Below the pieces are notes generated by a model. The model ran no database searches. It had not been told where the DNA came from and saw nothing but the letters and a program-made list of their open reading frames with translations. Below, piece after piece: positions 1 through 11,067 of a stretch of DNA of 38,315 nt. Positions within the stretch are counted from its first letter, which is position 1, and every line of letters begins with the position of its first letter. The translations under genes were made by a program, and so were the position numbers. The stretch covers positions 1 through 38,315 of the forward strand of contig JAAPAO010000337.1 in assembly GCA_013115145.1 (NCBI GenBank). Direction: 5' to 3'. Origin of the DNA: Perkinsus chesapeaki ATCC PRA-425. Lineage: Eukaryota > Protista > Perkinsozoa.

Positions 1-22
1 CTTGAGCCAAGATGGCTACGGT
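1..22 (-). ncRNA. Perkinsus-type spliced leader (SL) 22-mer: either an SL RNA gene exon or the 5' end of a retroposed trans-spliced mRNA
   Basis: Bases 1-22 cttgagccaagatggctacggt reverse-complement to ACCGTAGCCATCTTGGCTCAAG, which matches the SL recalled for Perkinsus (the dinoflagellate SL has T at the C position). What follows the SL lies outside the window. Confidence 0.85.
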
Positions 23-64
23 ACAAATAGTCGACACTCAAAGCAATAATCAATCACTAATTAG

Positions 65-1906
65 AATATACTTGTACATGTTCATAACGCCGTATCTTCC
101 GTGGGCGAGCGAGATTGCATCTTCACGGACTTGCGGGACGCGTGCAGCGTCACGGTACGTGACAGATTGTTCAGCCTCCACTATTAAGCAGTATTTATCG
201 GTGCCGGGTAAGAGGTGGTGCATTGGGACAAGGATTGTGTGTTGTTGATACCTTGCTCCGTGACGGAAATATTTTATAAAAATAATCCCGACCGCTATTT
301 GTACCACCAACCTTTTGGTTATTGGCCGCGGCGCATACCACTAGACCATTTCAGTGGTATTCTTCGTCGGAATCACATACCCATCGGAATTCCTGGTTAC
401 TATGTGATTTTCGCTGCTCAATATATCCACTCGAGCTTAGTAATGAATAAAAATTACCACTATAATTCCCCGTCATTGAAAGTCGGCCCGGTTAGAACTC
501 TGTGCTTTCCCTAAAAATACTTACCATTAGCATTCACGGTGAAGCATCTATTCCTAGTAGTGGCCAATAGGATATTCTCATTCACCTTGTTCTTCCAGGT
601 CAAGCAGTTGTATTGGTTCTTGGCGGGGCCGCTGAAGCTCTGGATACTAAAGCAGGAAGGTAGAGGCAGATTAGAGCGGGAAGGGCGGCGGATATCTTAA
701 AACCGTTTCAGATACGTTTTGACGATTCGCCGCCGTAAAGGCTTCTTCCGTATAGCCATGCAGAAGGGAACACCTCTTGTGCCCAGCTTTGGATTCGGTG
801 AAAATGATTTATGGGTAGGAACACTGGTGTGGGTTTGTAGGGATTTGATGACAAGCAAATAGTGTTGTGGATAGGATATTGTATCTTGGGGGGACTTATT
901 GGGGACCTAGACGTGTTATAAACTCACTGCTAGTATATACTGAATGCTCTCTCTTCATCATCATCATAATCGTCATCTAAAACGTCTCCGTTATCATATG
1001 CCTTAACGGTGCATTGTGTGTTAGCTTGTCCATTACCAGGAGCACTAGGCAGCAGCTCTACTGAGTGTATAGGAATAACTTGCTTGATATTATTGAACGC
1101 TCTCTCATCTCAGCATCGTCAAAACTCTTTAAGGGATCTCGATGTTATCTTAATGCGACTTGCATTGTGTGTTAACTTTTGTACTTGGTCCTGTGTAATA
1201 GTTAGTATATCATCATTAGGATACTTCCCTCCAACCAGTGAGCGCTACCAGCTGGATAAGGCGGGTTCAGGACTGGATGTATAAGAAGCTTACCTTTTCG
1301 ACGCCTATCTTCTCCGGCCGAGGTAATGCTGCCGCCGCCACAAATGATATCCTCGCAGGGTTACCTACTTAGGCGTGTTTACTTACAATTTCGGCATGCT
1401 CCCCTTCAGAAGGCCGGTTTACACGGTTGTTGGAGAGGTACTAGGGGAGAAGGGATAGATGCCAGAGGCCAGGCCAGAGGTATCATTAGTTAGCCCCACT
1501 ACGGACTCCACTGTGCCTGCGGACCTCTCTATTCTCTTAAATGTCCGGAATGGTATGGCTCATAATATAGTACACTTGTACTATTCACATATTTCCACTT
1601 ACTGTATAAATACCATTGTTGTTCTTTTTGAGGACGTAACATATGGTTATCCTATTGCCGAGCAGCAGCTTATGGCGAACTACAAGGCTGAACTTGATTC
1701 CATAATACATATCTACTTTTTCCTATCCACTTCATGCAGTGATAATAGTTGCTGTTGTTGTTTAGCCGGTCGAGGTTACACAGAAAGACCATCCAACGAG
1801 TGATGATATAGAGGAGTTGAAGGAGAGGTACATCGCAGCTTTGAGGGCATTGTTCGATAAGTGGAGACCGCGCCTACAGCCAAATGCCGAGCTTATTATA
1901 CTGTAA
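65..1906 (+). CDS. DGAT2: DGAT2/MGAT-family diacylglycerol acyltransferase, 3' part only (N-terminal half not in window)
   Basis: Exons ~65-207, 599-659, 712-814, 1220-1322, 1373-1437, 1766-1906 join in frame through GT-AG introns. They give [91 protein letters not shown] and IEELKERYIAALRALFDKW, which are hallmark DAGAT-family motifs. The first exon start is uncertain. Confidence 0.88.
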
Positions 1907-2482
1907 AGAATAGCGGGCCTACAAATACCAGTCATCACACTAGTAGTGATAACCATATTTTTATGATCGTCGAAAAGTTGACTGTAAATGAGTGAGGTAA
2001 CACTTGAAAAAAGAAACTATTTCTTCCTTCCAAAGTGAGCGAGTTAAATTCACCTTCAAGTGTTGTGAGTCGAGTTGTAGTTGTCAAAGTGTCAAAGTGG
2101 TTAACGAGGAGTAAGGGAGGGGGCTATTGTAATATCGATTATGCACTTATTTCTTCATTTACTTTGTCGTTTATGTGGATGTCGATGGTTCATCTATTAC
2201 TGTATTGTTATTTTCATATCCATTGCGACCTGCTGGAATGTAGGCCTATACTTACCTTGATATCCTTTTGAGAAAAGTCACAAGATTTTGCTCGATTTTT
2301 CCATTCACCCGTGCGTGGACACCTAGGGGTCTGAATTTGGAGAATGTAAGAAGTTAAGGAAATTGAAGGAAAGGCTTGGTAAAGACAGCTGCCGACGACG
2401 GCGGCGATGGGTGGCATTCCAATACGTATTGTGGATGATTGTAATGGTTTGGCACCACCGCAGCGTTGGTATATTATATAAC

Positions 2483-4118
2483 ATGACCGCTCCCTCCTCT
2501 GAGAGCTCACCAGTTAACTCTGGTGCTTTCAAGGCTGATGATGATAAGGAAAATAAAAAGTAGAATACGGTAGGAAATAAGGATGCATCAACCGTGTCAG
2601 AATGGATGTTATGGCCGCTGTTAATAAGCTGTTCTCAAGACTGGAAAAAGAAATAGAAAAGGAGAAACCAGATAACACCATACACTTTATAGTGGACATG
2701 CTTTGCCGTTCTTAGTAAGCGGCAGCTGGAGTTGGGGCGAAGTGGCTTATGGGAAAATAATATCCTACTTTTCATGAAAATTGGCGCCAACTATAACACT
2801 ATTGTGCAGGATGATATGAAAATGCAATAGAGTATTGAGGAAATAGATAGTTAGCTCTCGCAGTACCTGCCGTCATGTCTAACTATTAGATGGTCCAACA
2901 TCGCGTGAATCCAAATCATCAGTCACGTCAAAATTGAATTAAAGATAGTCACTATATTTAATCCAATTTTGATTCACCATTTTCTTAGGTCCCCAACAAA
3001 TAAAGCAACTTGAGTGGATTCTGAATATCCGTAAAATTATCTGTCGAATAATTCACTTGAAAAATTTGTCATTGTGTGAATTCAAAAAAACCGAAAACCT
3101 TGACGTAGTTAATAGGATAAAGAAACTTAGGAGCTTAAAGTTAGCTGTCTGCAGAAAAGTTTAGTTGTCCGTCACCCGTCATTCCTTGGTAGAATTATTG
3201 GTGCCTCAGTCCGGAGCATCTCAACGGTTTCGCATCCCTCTGGAACTCTGACCAACACGTGCAGCGTGAGAGGAACGATGTTGTTAACTTTTTCCGCAGC
3301 AACAAGATATCCGCACAGATCGCTGCGCACTTCATAAATGCCGGATATGATACGGTGAGAAATTATATGGTCGCGGGTTCGAATCCCAGCGAGGGTATTT
3401 TAAATAGGTAGAGACTTTAGAGACTCTCACTCCAGAGTCACTGCAGGATATAGAGGCATTTAATGACGCTAAGTGGCTCCCTGGCCATAAGGTAGGTCCC
3501 GGCTCAAGCCGTTGACGGCTACTACGATCTGTAATGGAGGGGGGCTCTTGGGTGCTCCGACCAAGCCGCTGCTGGAGATCTTCATCGCCAAGCTTTTTAG
3601 GGCAGCTGTTTCGTGCTGCTCCATTAGTTATGTATTCATCACAAATACTAACTTAGAACTTCTTTTTATACTAAATACTAATTATTCAATACTGGATCTA
3701 AGGCTTCATTAAAATACTAATACTCTCAGTGGTCATTGGTCAATGTTAAACTCCAGCTGTGGATAGCATGGTCAGGCCCTCATCCGAGTAAAGTCTGCTG
3801 ACAATAGTCAGTCTGATCTTTGTTAGGTCCGTCTCATTCAGCTCTTTACAGATATTCATGACCGTGTTCAGCAATATAAGAACGTACTTCATTACCCTCT
3901 CCAATCCTATCAGTTCCATTTCTTAGGATTGCACCGCCCATATGTTGCCCTATTTGGCGAGGTCTCCGGCAACAGTCACCAGCTACCCCATCCCCACACA
4001 AACGCTCCTTACAAGTTCAGTGATGGGCGGCGGCGGCCTCGGTTCCTCTACGCCTTTCCCTCCCTATCAATCGACCTTGCATCAACCCCCACAGACGGCG
4101 AGATATAGTAGGTCCTAG
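2483..4118 (+). CDS. Protein with an N-terminal RIIa/Dpy-30-like dimerisation helix pair, a SAM-like domain and a P/S/T-rich tail
   Basis: Exons 2483-2559, 2601-2714, 3210-3354, 3408-3491, 3827-3883, 3927-4118 splice in frame: VNKLFSRLEKEIEKEKPDNTIHFIVDMLC...DVVNFFRSNKISAQIAAHFINAGYDT|VETLETLTPESLQDIEAFNDAKWLPGHK|VRLIQLF. Domain names come from motif recall. The 3' end is uncertain. Confidence 0.7.
3369..3397 (+). pseudogene. tRNA 3' fragment (variable loop, T-arm, acceptor 3' strand) inside a 53-nt intron
   Basis: GGTC-GCGGG-TTCGAAT-CCCAG-CGAGGGT-A has a canonical T-loop/B-box and a partly paired T-stem. No 5' half is nearby. Confidence 0.6.
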
Positions 4119-4812
4119 CTGGTGCAGCAGCACTAAGAAGTGATTATTGATTAGTATCATCTGGTGGACTTCATTCAAGCTATATGACGACTCCTAGACA
4201 GGTTACTAGGACTACCCGTGTCACCACTAGCTCCAACCTCCAGCCCTATACTTCTAGGAGTAGGTCCTTGGTAGCCTACTCGGTACACTTCTCAAAGTTC
4301 TCATGTGGCTCTGACAGCTTGTTTTGGACTCGGATTCAAAAACCGTTGACAATTCAAGAGAATACAAGATGTGGATTCAAGAAAATTTGTGGAGAAATTT
4401 CGCGAATTTTCTCTGGAAATATTCCTGTACTCTCCTGCTCGACTTTTCTCTGAAACGCTTCGTGGCGCGGAATCTCCCCTGGGGTGAGATGGGTGGTCAC
4501 CAGTAACGGGTTAGCTTAGCCGTGGTGGTTCCAAGCCTCCACAATGAGTCTTTCGCCAGGTCAAAGAATAAGCTCGATGCCATCTTGGCATGCAGCCTGC
4601 AATACCTCCAGAGACATCTCGACCACCATCATTAAATCTGGCCCGGGTACTCCTGTCAGTGCTTCCGATGGCTGCTGCGGAGAGGAGTAGCTACTGCTGC
4701 CACTGCTGCATGCTTGTGAGGGAGTCGACAAGATTATTCTTAATTAGCTTTCGAAATATCTATACCGGTTGGGTTGGTCGGTGGTGAACTGATAAGATCA
4801 GCGTTGTTTTAA

Positions 4813-5648
4813 ATGGATCTTGATCCTTCTCAAGTGCGGTCACTGCTGATCAGGCAGGATGAATGGACATCAGGTGTTATGTTTGATGCCGATACTGGTA
4901 GTAGTAGGGAGAAGAGCTCCGGTTCATGTAGCGGTAGAACGTCCAATGCTAGAGTGGACCGTGGGCCAATGGAAATGTGGGAATCTACATCACTCGGCTT
5001 GGTATTTCACAGCTGACGATAGTAAGACTCTCGACTGAGCAGTTTGAGTTGATTAATGAGGGCTGGCGGCATATTTGTGGCATATATGAAGGGGTCATGA
5101 TGACGCGTACTGCTGCACATATAGCCGTCTGGGCTGCTGGGAAGAGATGCAGTCAGCTAGACGAAAAACCATCGTTGTCTGTCTGCCGGCTGCATGACCG
5201 TGGCAATCTGGTGAATTTCATGGATTCCATTTCTTGATCGTGCGAACTATGGCAGAGGGATGTGGTCGATACTGTTGAGTATTATGGGCATCAGAGATTG
5301 AAGTGCCCATTATGGCAGGTAAAATAATAGCGAGTACGGCCCCCTTACCAGGAGAGATGGTGGATAGCACAAATGGGACAGCGGCAGAAACAACGGTGGC
5401 GTCGTCATCAACGTCAAGCGGCAGTGTCAGTGCAATAGATTACAGTAGCATCAGTAGCATTAGGTGAGTTAATAGCTTTATCAGGTCACTTGGCTGACAA
5501 TGTAAAGGGAATGATTAAAGCCTATTCACCGGCGGACAAAGGTCAGGCAGTTCTGGCTGATGGGCTCAATTGGCTGGGAATGCATTTCGATGTACTACCA
5601 CTTCACAATGGGGCTCATAATATCGGCATTCTAGCGGGAGCCCGATGA
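4813..5648 (+). CDS. Hypothetical multi-exon or degenerate coding region
   Basis: Overlapping plus-strand ORFs (4813-5016, 4977-5237), followed by a coding-like stretch MVDSTNG...SSIR|GHLADNVKGMIKAYSP...LAGAR* with gtgag/cag splice signals. Frames could not be fully reconciled. Confidence 0.3.
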
Positions 5649-5861
5649 CGGAAACCACCGCGATGAGAAAGAATAATATCAGGACCCGTCTGATGTCACA
5701 AGATGATATCTTCCTCGCTGTTCCGTGATTCGAGCTCCCTCCTCGCCCACTGATAAGCTAGTATGAAAAGTACTAGTAAAGTTGGGGCTCTATAGACTCT
5801 AAATATGTTACGCATACATTTAGTGAATAATTGAATTATTATAATTCATAATACAGATATA

Positions 5862-6083
5862 GACGTTTGTATAATTATGATAATTATGACGTCTATATAA
5901 TTATGATAATTATGACGTTTGTATAATTATGATAATTATGACGTCTATATAATTATGATAATTATGACGTCTGTATAATTATGATAATTATGACGTCTGT
6001 ATAATTATGATAATTATGACGTTTGTATAATTATGATAATTATGACGTTTGTATAATTATGATAATTATGACGTCTGTATAAT
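5862..6083. repeat. 26-nt minisatellite, ~8.5 copies (GACGTYTRTATAATTATGATAATTAT)
   Basis: Units start at 5862, 5888, 5914, 5940, 5966, 5992, 6018, 6044 and 6070, in an AT-rich block. Confidence 0.97.
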
Positions 6084-6962
6084 ATACATAAATATAGATT
6101 ATAGATATATTTTATAATGTATAGGCTAACTCCTGACTGCCACTCGCTCGCCTATCTGGTCAAAGGAGGAGTGCTCTACCATAGAAAACTATAGACTAGA
6201 TTGTAATGGATAACAGATGATTTTATAATATGATAATTCTATTCATAAGTATTATATAACACCTACGATATTATTAACTCTGTTGATTCGGGTATAATTG
6301 ATATATCTCTCATTTCAGATTCATGCATTCTACCCTCCTTTACTCTATGGTCGGGAGAGTGCCCCTGCTGAGCAAGATGATAGTCACGACATGCCTTCCA
6401 GCTTGAGCGTTGAGAGTACTGTTGGTTTGGCAGCATGCAATGGTTTGCGGAATGAAGTGCCGATTATTCTCGTTATTACGTAATCACCTGTCTCCTGTCG
6501 CCTGCGTGTCTGCATGTTTGCCCTTTAGTTACTCCCTGCCAGTGTTATCCTCTAGAGCCGTACCGCAGATGATAAGGTTCTTCAGGGAGCACAGTAGGTT
6601 TTGCAAGCATCCGATGCCTTGTTAATCTTTGCGTGTGAAATGGTATTTGGTTCGGCCCGCTGTGTCACTTTTTAATAGCCCTCCAATCACGTTATATGAA
6701 TCGTGATGAACCTCACTCGCTCTTCGCAGTGTCGTATCCTTTCTCGAGCATCTTTCACAGTGTTCGCATCTTCGTTCTTTTTGTCAGTCGGTTACCTTCC
6801 AGACTGGTCCGAGGCTAAATGAAGTGTTTATAGTGTTTCTCACATGCTTGGCTTCGTGCTAGTTGTCAATTAGCAATCTCAATTTCTATGGGCCGCTGAT
6901 GTCAATTAAAAAATATATCAAGCTCGAGCATCCGAAGCCTATCTGTAGCTCGCTACGGTATC

Positions 6963-7606
6963 ATGAGTACACTACTAGTCCATCACAACAGCCAGAGCAG
7001 TAGCTGGCTTCCCCCCTCCAGGAGGGAACTCACTATTACGTGGCCCTATCCTGTGAAGCTTACGTTCACTTCTACGTACCACCAATCGTTCTTACGTGAG
7101 AAGGATGCCCGTAGCTGTTATATTGAAAGAACCGCTACCGTTGGTAGTCTGTGGCACGTAGTCTTAAGGAGCTTGAAGCACGTTGAAATGAGCTATTATA
7201 ATAATCGTTATATAGTATGACAAGTAGTCAGACTAAAAGGGGGTCTAGTCACTAATCAGTATGCCCATCAAATCTCCAATCGAGGAGCCTGCAGTTTCCT
7301 AAAGAAAATTCCCGATAGTTTATGTCTCGCTCAGCTCCAAGAGTTTGACAGGGTGACACGCATTACACATATAATGGGCCACACTGGGAGTAGGAGTCCA
7401 ACGCGAAACGGTTGATGTTATATCGCTGGGCGAATGAAAACTACCCGGCAGCATCATCGTGCAAATTAATGAAGTTAAATACCGCATTTTCCAAGGTGAA
7501 AGCTGCAGATAGAGATTTGGTACACAAAAGGCCTACCGCGATGCAACGTTATGACAACATGCTCAAACAACACGTCTCAGCAAGAGATGCTCGTACTTCT
7601 ATGTGA
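6963..7606 (+). CDS. Hypothetical protein, probably spliced
   Basis: ORFs 6963-7220 and 7412-7606, plus an intermediate coding-like segment (CSFLKKIPDSLCLAQLQEFDR). No recognisable motif. Confidence 0.3.
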
Positions 7607-8143
7607 AGCTCGGGTGAACAAACTAGTGAGCTTTGCTAGTTTTATAGGCGCCATCTTGAACAGATCACCACTGGTTAGGCATAGTTTCAAGCTGTTTCTG
7701 GTAACAAGTAGCCAAGGTCAGTTAGTTCTCCCGGTCTCCTCCGTCGCGAGCGAACCCTTTTTCCTGGCTTCCAGCTCACATTTCCGCGGTCTAATATATC
7801 TGCCAAAATCTGTACCGTAGGAATTGTGTATTATGGACGCGAACGCGGCACCTACCTCTCCACCGGGGCCAACAACTTCAAGGTTGCTGGCTGCTCGCCA
7901 TAGAATACAAAGAATCATCAATACGAGCGGGAAAGATGAGTTTTCAGAGTGAGCGACCTCAAGAATCGTGAGAAGGGCAATCCTCCATAGTAGCTCATCG
8001 TCGTCGGATGAAGATATCGGTCTGGTCACGAGAGTAACACGACGAACACATGCACCGCGGTCTACTGATAAGAGGGCAAAAGAACAAGTTAGGCTAAGGC
8101 TGTTGTATTATCATTGACAATGATTGTTAAGGTTGAAGCGTGG

Positions 8144-8576
8144 ATGTCAACCGATGATGAAGAGAACAACGCTAGTAACTATCGCACTGGTAGACAGACT
8201 GAGCGCGAGAAAGAGCTATTGGCATCCAAGGATGATGATGCGAAGAACAATAAAGAAAGGATGGACTCCCATAAGAGAGATAGGAAACACTCAAAAGGAA
8301 CGAGAAGCGCTGACTGTGTCACTCGATGCAAAGAAGTAGATTACGTGGTGGATCAGCAGCAGCTATTCACTGCAACAATCAGCTGCTTTGCAGGGTTCTG
8401 ACGAAGAGGTATCCATGAGGGTTTCGGACCTTTTGTGGATCAGAGAAGTTGTCGAAACCCAAAGGAATGCGTTGGAAGCTTTCAAAGCCACCAATTGTAT
8501 CCTGGTTGGGGGTATACAGAAGGTGCTGAAACATCATGGAATAAAAATAACAAAGAAAGGTGAGCGGTCTCCATAA
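8144..8576 (+). CDS. Hypothetical charged protein, at least two exons
   Basis: MSTDDEENN...TRCKE is followed, after a cag acceptor, by GSDEEVSMRVSDLLWIREVVETQRNALEAF...; composition is coding-like. Confidence 0.4.
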
Positions 8577-9324
8577 TTAACACTACAGCGACATGTCACT
8601 TAGATGCCATGGATGCCAGCTCGCCTGTCTCGGCCAGCAGACTGGTAAGGGCATTGGCAAAGTCCTTAGACCATGTTAAATGAGGATTGTGCCGGCTCTT
8701 GTTCTCCTATGAAAGTGTTGAGTAGATACATGCACCATAATTAATCCGGGGAGACAGTGCTTATACTCGCGTCACGACGTCACGACCATGGATTCATCTA
8801 GTCTCGCGGGAATGTTCCCCGGGGACCGACATGTGTTGGCGATGCGGAGATATAATGGAGATTCAGCTGGGACGTATGTTACCAGAGCAAGAAGATTCAA
8901 ATACATTCGTTCATACAAATACATCTGACGTGGCTTCTCTGTGGCTTCTTGGTCACGGGCCGTGACTTAGGACTCATACCCGATGCCAGGCTTTGTTTAA
9001 TTAACCTTACCTATAGCTGTTCGTTGGTATCATCTTAGTCTACCTTACAATGATACCTGCAATGATGCAAAAAGGCAGCAATACCACTGAGCTCCCGACC
9101 AGTCAAACTCCTCACTTGCTTGGAAGAATCACCATCTTGTATGTGTAGCAACGCTTTTGCGACAGATCCGGTCACGCGCGGTGACGGTCACGTTTCATGC
9201 TAACTTAGCATTGCTAAGCCGTTGTTTGACGAGAGCAAACTCTGGCGAAAACAAACAAGGTAGCCTTAACCTTCTCGCTCCACCGACTGTCGAGCTCTTC
9301 AGGCGTTTGTACATTAGATTACAA

Positions 9325-9747
9325 ATGAAAGCTATCTCCATCTACATCTTGTGGCTCGATCTTATCATGGTGGTAGTGTTATCAAGATTGGGCGCACCTA
9401 GCCCTCCTACCGGTAAATATTTCTATAGGCCTAGCGCTACCATATGTGTCGAAACTGAGTGGTTGTATGGAACACCCAAAGAAGACCTTATCTTACGTGT
9501 TGATCGCAGCAAGCCCACTATCATTACGTCTCCTAGAATGACTTTGAAATATTTTGAACCAGACACGTATGAGGTTAGCCCGGTGAGCGACCAGAAACAT
9601 TCCAATTATGTTGTGGTCGTTAACACTGTCTGTGATGGCATTCTGGAAATGAGCAGCCATGACCTCTTCTCGTTCCAGTATGAAAACAATGATCTTATAA
9701 CGGACTTGGTGGAGGAATCCATAGTCCTTACTCCAGGTCATTGCTAG
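9325..9747 (+). CDS. Intronless small secreted protein (140 aa), PSPPxGKY family, paralog A
   Basis: The ATG at 9325 gives a hydrophobic signal-like N-terminus, then PSPPTGKY, CVETEWL, PKEDLIL, EPDTY and a terminal LTPGHC. Clearly homologous to 11897-12298. Confidence 0.8.
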   Translation: MKAISIYILWLDLIMVVVLSRLGAPSPPTGKYFYRPSATICVETEWLYGTPKEDLILRVDRSKPTIITSPRMTLKYFEPDTYEVSPVSDQKHSNYVVVVNTVCDGILEMSSHDLFSFQYENNDLITDLVEESIVLTPGHC

Positions 9748-10608
9748 ATCTGAGCTCGCTCAAACCTGGCCTCACGAGTATCTTTAAAGTACCCACTTTT
9801 GCTCCAATCGTCTACATGACCGACATCATTTGACCTGTTTTTGCTGAATGTTAACCTTTTGGCTTTAAGCACTGCTGCTCCGTAATCAGAAGTAATATAT
9901 TTATTGTAGCAGATTCACTGCACTTGGTGTTATAATCTGTGGACTCACTTATCAGTCGCTTAGTATTCGACTGCAATTATTATCCTTCCGTCGCCTTGAG
10001 TTGATATATGCAGTACAACTATGTGAAAGGATGCTCCCCGGTTGTGGTCCTGGCTAACAATAGTCTACCACACTCATCCACCCTGGAACTCTGGCCTCCA
10101 AAGAGGGTACAGAGATGTGGTATGGTAACCATACCATGGTGGTATCGCACAACAGCTCATTCACACTCTCATTTACTAATCCTGCCTGTGTTGTAGCAAA
10201 AACACACTCACTATGATGCATTGTAACCGGGTTTTCTCGTAATGCGTAGTGTAAAAAGCGGTTTACACTACGCCTGAAGTGAAATGTTCGTAATACTCCC
10301 AAACACGGTACTGTTAACAGACTCAGGAGCAGCAGGCGTCTAACCAACGACACGCGAGACACGACGTATGAGAAGTATAGTTGAGAAAGCAGTTCGAATC
10401 CTGCATAATGCAGCCTGCATTTGAGTTTTTTGGTACAATTTGATACTCAACGGTATAAGCGAGAGCCAGAGGGCATATTCATCGTCGGGTGAGTCGCCCA
10501 ACACGAATCGTTTGCGCTTATAGAATTTTGTTGAATTTCAACCTCCTTTGCTACCAGCAAACAAAGGTTATGACCGGATTTGTGGGATGGAAATGAGCTG
10601 TGAATCGC

Positions 10609-11067
10609 TTATTCCGAACAAGTCTCGCGAACTTCTCGCGTTATCGCGATGCGTTGCGTGACACATGAGCGTTTTTGGCGTTTTGACGTTGATAAGCACT
10701 GGTTTCGCGAAGCGTTAAGCGTTTTATAATAGTGGTTTTCACAGCACGATCCGTGCTGTAAAACAACAGAACATGTATTGCAACCCGTGGTGCACGGGTG
10801 AAATTCCAATGTACCGTCTAGGCGAATATATGCGTATAGTTTTATGGACCGTTCGATAAGCCGATTTAGAAATCCATAATCGACTCTAGAACTCCTTTCA
10901 TACGTAAAACGGGATGGTAGAATTCTGAGTCCCAGGATTGACTTAGTGAACAAAGAGTTGGTATTCAGAGGGTCACCAATTTTAACGCAACATTTATTAA
11001 TTTTATCAACAAGGTAAGTAACTAGGAGTAACTGAAATCGACACATAGTTGACAGACGGTGCATCAA
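10609..11067 (-). CDS. Hypothetical Cys-rich protein (152-aa ORF)
   Basis: A single uninterrupted ORF with a Cys cluster (CTTGCNTC...SCCENH). No family recognised. Confidence 0.3.
   Translation of the reverse strand: MMHRLSTMCRFQLLLVTYLVDKINKCCVKIGDPLNTNSLFTKSILGLRILPSRFTYERSSRVDYGFLNRLIERSIKLYAYIRLDGTLEFHPCTTGCNTCSVVLQHGSCCENHYYKTLNASRNQCLSTSKRQKRSCVTQRIAITREVRETCSE

Noticed and set aside
2246-2256. ATACTTACCT as a U1 snRNA 5' end (also near 516)
   Set aside because: No U1 body follows. It is simply the reverse complement of a consensus 5' splice site.
4578-4589. Partial SL matches (GCCATCTTGGC here, CCGTAGCCgcCTTG near 11695, and a gapped antisense match near 3503-3522)
   Set aside because: They are short or gapped, at a level expected by chance given the many sub-words of the SL, and none sits immediately before a start codon.
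5760-6300. AT-rich blocks (also 18690-18770 and 19540-19750) as mitochondrial insertions
   Set aside because: No cox1, cox3, cob or rRNA-fragment similarity was recognisable in any frame.
10054-10362. Signal-peptide-like ORF as a third secreted gene
   Set aside because: It starts at GTG with no in-frame ATG nearby and shares none of the family motifs.
10388-10432. Third tRNA or Pol III-like signal (GCAGTTCGAATCCTGC followed by T6)
   Set aside because: It lacks the GGTC lead-in and the G before TTC, has no properly spaced A-box and cannot form a cloverleaf. Worth including in a genome-wide scan but not supportable alone.
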